Of a stretch of DNA of 36,223 nucleotides, positions 32,735 to 36,223 are shown in pieces; position 1 is the first letter of the stretch, and every line of letters begins with the position of its first letter. Source of the DNA: Candidatus Paceibacter sp. (lineage in GTDB: Bacteria; Patescibacteriota; Patescibacteriia; SG8-24; DYFX01). The stretch lies in NCBI GenBank assembly GCA_020724945.1, contig DYFX01000003.1:1-36223 (forward strand), given 5' to 3'. A program made the position numbers and the translations under genes. The notes below the pieces were generated by a model. It saw only the letters and a program-made list of their open reading frames with translations, was not told the DNA's origin and searched no databases.

Positions 32735-34756
32735 ATGAACATCACCGAAATCGCGCGCCGCCTGCGCGTCACGCCCGACGAACTCCGCGAGAAGCTCCCG
32801 ACCCTCGGGTTCGACATCGGGCGCAAGGCGATCAAAGTCGATCATCGCGAGGCCGAGCGCATCATCCGCCGCTGGCAGGAGAACGCCTGGAAGCAGAAAC
32901 AGCTGGCCGACGAGAAGGCCAAGATGGAACTGCGCCGCAAGATCCAGGCCGGCGAAGTCACGGCCGACCGCAAGATCCAGATCCCGCCGTCCATCACCGT
33001 CCGCGAGCTGGCCGACAAGCTCCAGCGCCCCGTCACGGATGTCATCCGCGAACTGATGAAGGGCGGCATCTTGGCGTCCATCAACGAACGCGTCGACTTC
33101 GACACGGCCGCCATCATCGCCGAGGATCTCGGCTACCAGGCCGTGAAGCAGGACGAGGGGCAGAAGGAAGAGACCGTCTCCTCCGCGCTCGACCAGCTCA
33201 AGGAAGCCGTCCTCTCGGAGGACGACGGGAAGCTGCAGCCGCGTCCGCCGGTCGTCGTCGTCATGGGCCATGTCGACCACGGCAAGACGACGCTGCTCGA
33301 CGCCATCCGCGCCACCGCCGTCGCCACGGGCGAGTCCGGCGGCATCACCCAGCACATCGGCGCCTATCAGGCCGTGAAGAACGGGCGCTCCATCACCTTC
33401 ATCGACACCCCGGGCCATGAGGCCTTCACCATGATGCGCTCGCGCGGCGCCCGCGTCGCCGATGTCGCCATCCTGGTCGTCGCCGCCGACGACGGCGTCC
33501 AGCCGCAGACGGTCGAAGTCGTCCGCATCATCGAGGCGGCCAAGCTCCCGTATGTCGTCGCCATCAACAAGATGGACAAGGAAGGCGCCAACCCCGACCA
33601 GGTCAAGCGCCAGCTTTCCGATCTCGGCATGATTCCCGAGGACTGGGGCGGCAAGACCGTCATGGTCCCGATTTCCGCGAAATCGAACACCGGCATCGAC
33701 GGCCTGCTCGACACCATCCTGCTCGTGGCCGACATCGAGAAGGACAAGATCCGCGCGAACCCCGACCGCCGCGCCATCGGCACCATCATCGAGTCGCATG
33801 TCGACAAGGGCGAAGGCCCCGTCGCGACCGTCCTCATCCAGGGCGGCACCTTGAAGCGCAACGACATCCTCGGCATCGGCGGCGTGAACTACGGCCGCGT
33901 CCGCGCCATGAAGGACTGGACGGGCAAGCTCGTCGACGAGGCGCCGCCGGGCATGCCGGCCAAGATCCTCGGCTTCAAGCTCGCGCCGACGGTCGGCGAT
34001 GTCATGGAGGTCCCGGAACGCCCCCAGGATCTCAAGGACTGGAAGGAGATCAAGCACGCGCAGAGCTCCACCCAGCCGACCGTCTCCGGCTCGTCCTCGC
34101 CCTCCGCTTCCGGCGACGAGGGTTCCGCCAAGGAGAAGGACTGGGTCAATGTCATCGTCCGCGCCGACGTGCTCGGCTCGCTGGAAGCCATCCTCGGCGC
34201 GCTCGAGCGCATGACGCATCCCGATGTCGGCGTGCGCATCGTCGGCAAGGGCCTCGGCAATGTCAGCGACTCCGACATCCTCGCGGCCGAATCGAACGGC
34301 GCGCTCGTCCTCGCCTTCCATGTCAACCCGACATCGAGCGCGGCCGCCCTGGCGCGCGACAAGGACATCCCCGTCCGCCAGTACAAGGTCATCTACGACC
34401 TCCTCGACGACGTGAAGGAGGAACTGAAGAAGAAACTCAAGGCGGAAGTCATCCGCACCGACCTCGGCAAGCTCGAGATCAAGGGCGTGTTCCGTTCCGG
34501 CAAGGACGGCCAGATCGTCGGCGGCGTCTGCACCGACGGAAAGGTCATCCGCGGCGCGCTCGCCCAGGTCTTCCGCGCGGGCGTCCCGGTCGCCTCCGGC
34601 AAGATCGCCGACCTCCAGAGCCACAAGCAGTCCGTGGCGGAAGTCTACGGCGGCCAGGAATGCGGCATCCGCTTCGAAGGCCGCGGCCAGATCGAGCTCG
34701 GCGACATCCTGGAGATCTACAGCGAGGAGAAGCGCGAGAAACAGCTCGGCTTCTGA
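32735..34756 (+). CDS. infB: Translation initiation factor IF-2
   Basis: [52 protein letters not shown]. Confidence 0.98.
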   Translation: MNITEIARRLRVTPDELREKLPTLGFDIGRKAIKVDHREAERIIRRWQENAWKQKQLADEKAKMELRRKIQAGEVTADRKIQIPPSITVRELADKLQRPVTDVIRELMKGGILASINERVDFDTAAIIAEDLGYQAVKQDEGQKEETVSSALDQLKEAVLSEDDGKLQPRPPVVVVMGHVDHGKTTLLDAIRATAVATGESGGITQHIGAYQAVKNGRSITFIDTPGHEAFTMMRSRGARVADVAILVVAADDGVQPQTVEVVRIIEAAKLPYVVAINKMDKEGANPDQVKRQLSDLGMIPEDWGGKTVMVPISAKSNTGIDGLLDTILLVADIEKDKIRANPDRRAIGTIIESHVDKGEGPVATVLIQGGTLKRNDILGIGGVNYGRVRAMKDWTGKLVDEAPPGMPAKILGFKLAPTVGDVMEVPERPQDLKDWKEIKHAQSSTQPTVSGSSSPSASGDEGSAKEKDWVNVIVRADVLGSLEAILGALERMTHPDVGVRIVGKGLGNVSDSDILAAESNGALVLAFHVNPTSSAAALARDKDIPVRQYKVIYDLLDDVKEELKKKLKAEVIRTDLGKLEIKGVFRSGKDGQIVGGVCTDGKVIRGALAQVFRAGVPVASGKIADLQSHKQSVAEVYGGQECGIRFEGRGQIELGDILEIYSEEKREKQLGF

Positions 34757-34761
34757 CATGC

Positions 34762-34801
34762 GCGGACCGCCCTTCACGGGCGGTCCGCTTTCGTCTACGA
34801 T
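34762..34801 (+). terminator. infB terminator containing the trxA promoter
   Basis: GCGGACCGCCC-TTCAC-GGGCGGTCCGC followed by TTTCGT; TTCACG(34773)-17-TACGAT(34796). Confidence 0.65.
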
Positions 34802-34887
34802 GGAGGCGCTTCGTCCCGCGAGCCCGACCGCCTGGCGGCGCGTCCGGCGGCGCCGACGACGGATCGACGCGAATTCAACCAACACCT

Positions 34888-35208
34888 ATGGAACTCGTCA
34901 TCACCGAAGAGAATTTCGAAAAGGAGGTCCTGAAGTCCGATGCGCCCGTGCTCGTCGACTTCTGGGCGCCCTGGTGCGGCCCCTGCAAGATCATGGGCCC
35001 GATCATCGAGGAGGTCGCCAAGGAGCTCGAAGGCAAGCCGGTCAAGATCGGGAAGATGAATGTCGACGACAACCCGGAGACGCCCGGGAAGTTCGGCATC
35101 ATGAGCATCCCGACCATCATCATCTTCAAGAACGGCGAGGCCGTGGAGCAGATGGTCGGCGTGCAGGCCAAGGAGAAACTGATCGAGAAACTCACCGCGC
35201 AGATGTAA
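34888..35208 (+). CDS. trxA: Thioredoxin
   Basis: DFWAPWCGPC and SIPT; start reassigned to ATG 34888. Confidence 0.97.
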   Translation: MELVITEENFEKEVLKSDAPVLVDFWAPWCGPCKIMGPIIEEVAKELEGKPVKIGKMNVDDNPETPGKFGIMSIPTIIIFKNGEAVEQMVGVQAKEKLIEKLTAQM

Positions 35209-35245
35209 GCGAGAGCCCGCCCGGACGGGCGGGCCTCTTCTTCCT

Positions 35246-36193
35246 ATGGAAAAGACCATCATCATCGGCGCCGGCCCGGCCGGCTACACCGCGGGCATCT
35301 ACGCCTCGCGCGCCAACCTGGAACCCCTGCTCTTCGCCGGCCCCCAGCCGGGCGGCCAGCTCACCACCACCACGGAGGTCGAGAACTGGCCAGGCGAGGA
35401 CAAGGGCGTGATGGGGCCCGAACTCGTGCTGAAGCTCAAGGCGCAGGCCGAGAAGTTCGGCACGCGCGTCGTCGAGGAGACCGTCACGGCCGTCGACTTT
35501 TCCGCCAAGCCGTACAAGGTCATGACGGACGCCGGCAAGACCTACGAGGCCGAGACCGTCATCGTCGCGACCGGCGCCTCCGCGCGCCGCCTCGGTCTCG
35601 AATCCGAGAAAGCGTTGTACGGTAAGGGCGTCTCCGCCTGCGCGACCTGCGACGGCTTCTTCTTCAAGAACAAGGAAGTGGTCGTGGTCGGCGGGGGAGA
35701 CTCCGCCATGGAGGAGGCCACCTTCCTCACCAAGTTCGCATCCAAGGTCACCATCTTGAACCGTACCGACAGGTACAAGGCGTCGGTCCCGCTGCTCGAG
35801 CGCGCCAAGGCCAACCCGAAGATCTCCTTCATCGAGAATGTCGAGGTCGCGGAGATCCTGGGCGTCGATGTCGGGCATGTCACCGGCGTGAAGCTGAAGG
35901 ACGCCAAGACCGGCGAGGTGTCGGAGCTGAAGGTCGACGGGGTCTTCGCCGCCATCGGCCATGTGCCCAACACCGAGTTCCTGAAGCCGTGGATCGAATG
36001 CGACAAGGTCGGCTATGTGGTCACCAAGGGCCCGGGCGATGTCACCACCAAGTACGAAGGCGTCTTCGTCTGCGGCGATGTCATGGACAGGCGCTACCGC
36101 CAGGCCATCACCGCCGCCGGCACCGGCTGCATGGCCGCGCTGGAAGCGGAACGCGTGCTGACGCACCGGAGCTTCGGCGCGAACAACGGCTGA
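35246..36193 (+). CDS. trxB: Thioredoxin reductase
   Basis: IIGAGPAG, GGQL, ENWPG, CATCDG, GGGDSA, GD..YRQAITA. Confidence 0.97.
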   Translation: MEKTIIIGAGPAGYTAGIYASRANLEPLLFAGPQPGGQLTTTTEVENWPGEDKGVMGPELVLKLKAQAEKFGTRVVEETVTAVDFSAKPYKVMTDAGKTYEAETVIVATGASARRLGLESEKALYGKGVSACATCDGFFFKNKEVVVVGGGDSAMEEATFLTKFASKVTILNRTDRYKASVPLLERAKANPKISFIENVEVAEILGVDVGHVTGVKLKDAKTGEVSELKVDGVFAAIGHVPNTEFLKPWIECDKVGYVVTKGPGDVTTKYEGVFVCGDVMDRRYRQAITAAGTGCMAALEAERVLTHRSFGANNG

Positions 36194-36201
36194 ATCCCGA
36201 A

Positions 36202-36223
36202 CGCCTCCCTTGACGGGGAGGCG
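36202..36223 (+). terminator. Hairpin after trxB with TTGACG loop (cut by window end)
   Basis: CGCCTCCC-TTGACG-GGGAGGCG. Confidence 0.55.

Noticed and set aside
34802-34887. GC-rich, possibly structured trxA leader as a riboswitch or an N-terminal extension
   Set aside because: The pairing is what this GC content would give by chance, I recognised no aptamer motif, and thioredoxin homology starts at 34888.

Overview
High-GC bacterial chromosomal window with no rRNA, CRISPR array, integrase or transposase. It carries housekeeping genes (tsaD end, tsaE, ftsH, rpsA, gyrA, rpmF-nusB-rnc, gmk, typA, proS, rny-ymdB-HU, truB, infB, trxA-trxB), two type IV pilus ATPases, tRNA-Lys(CUU) and tRNA-Arg(UCG). 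Compact proteins, gene order and the lack of central metabolic genes suggest a Patescibacteria/CPR genome (inference). The main unexplained structure is about 13 accessory genes placed singly or in pairs between core genes and sharing one expression architecture: sigma70 promoter, a boxA-like 11-mer at about +1, a strong Shine-Dalgarno (SD), the ORF, and a terminator that often starts at the stop codon and ends in GGTCTTTTTCGT. Core genes almost all lack an SD, and several look near-leaderless. Other highlights are a ~180-nt 6S-like rod RNA directly upstream of rny, a circularly permuted GHKL ATPase fused to an HEXXH motif, an orphan PD-(D/E)xK-like nuclease, an STT3-like glycosyltransferase, -35 boxes in terminator loops, and apparent avoidance of GACGTC. 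All calls come from reading the sequence by eye; no searches were run.
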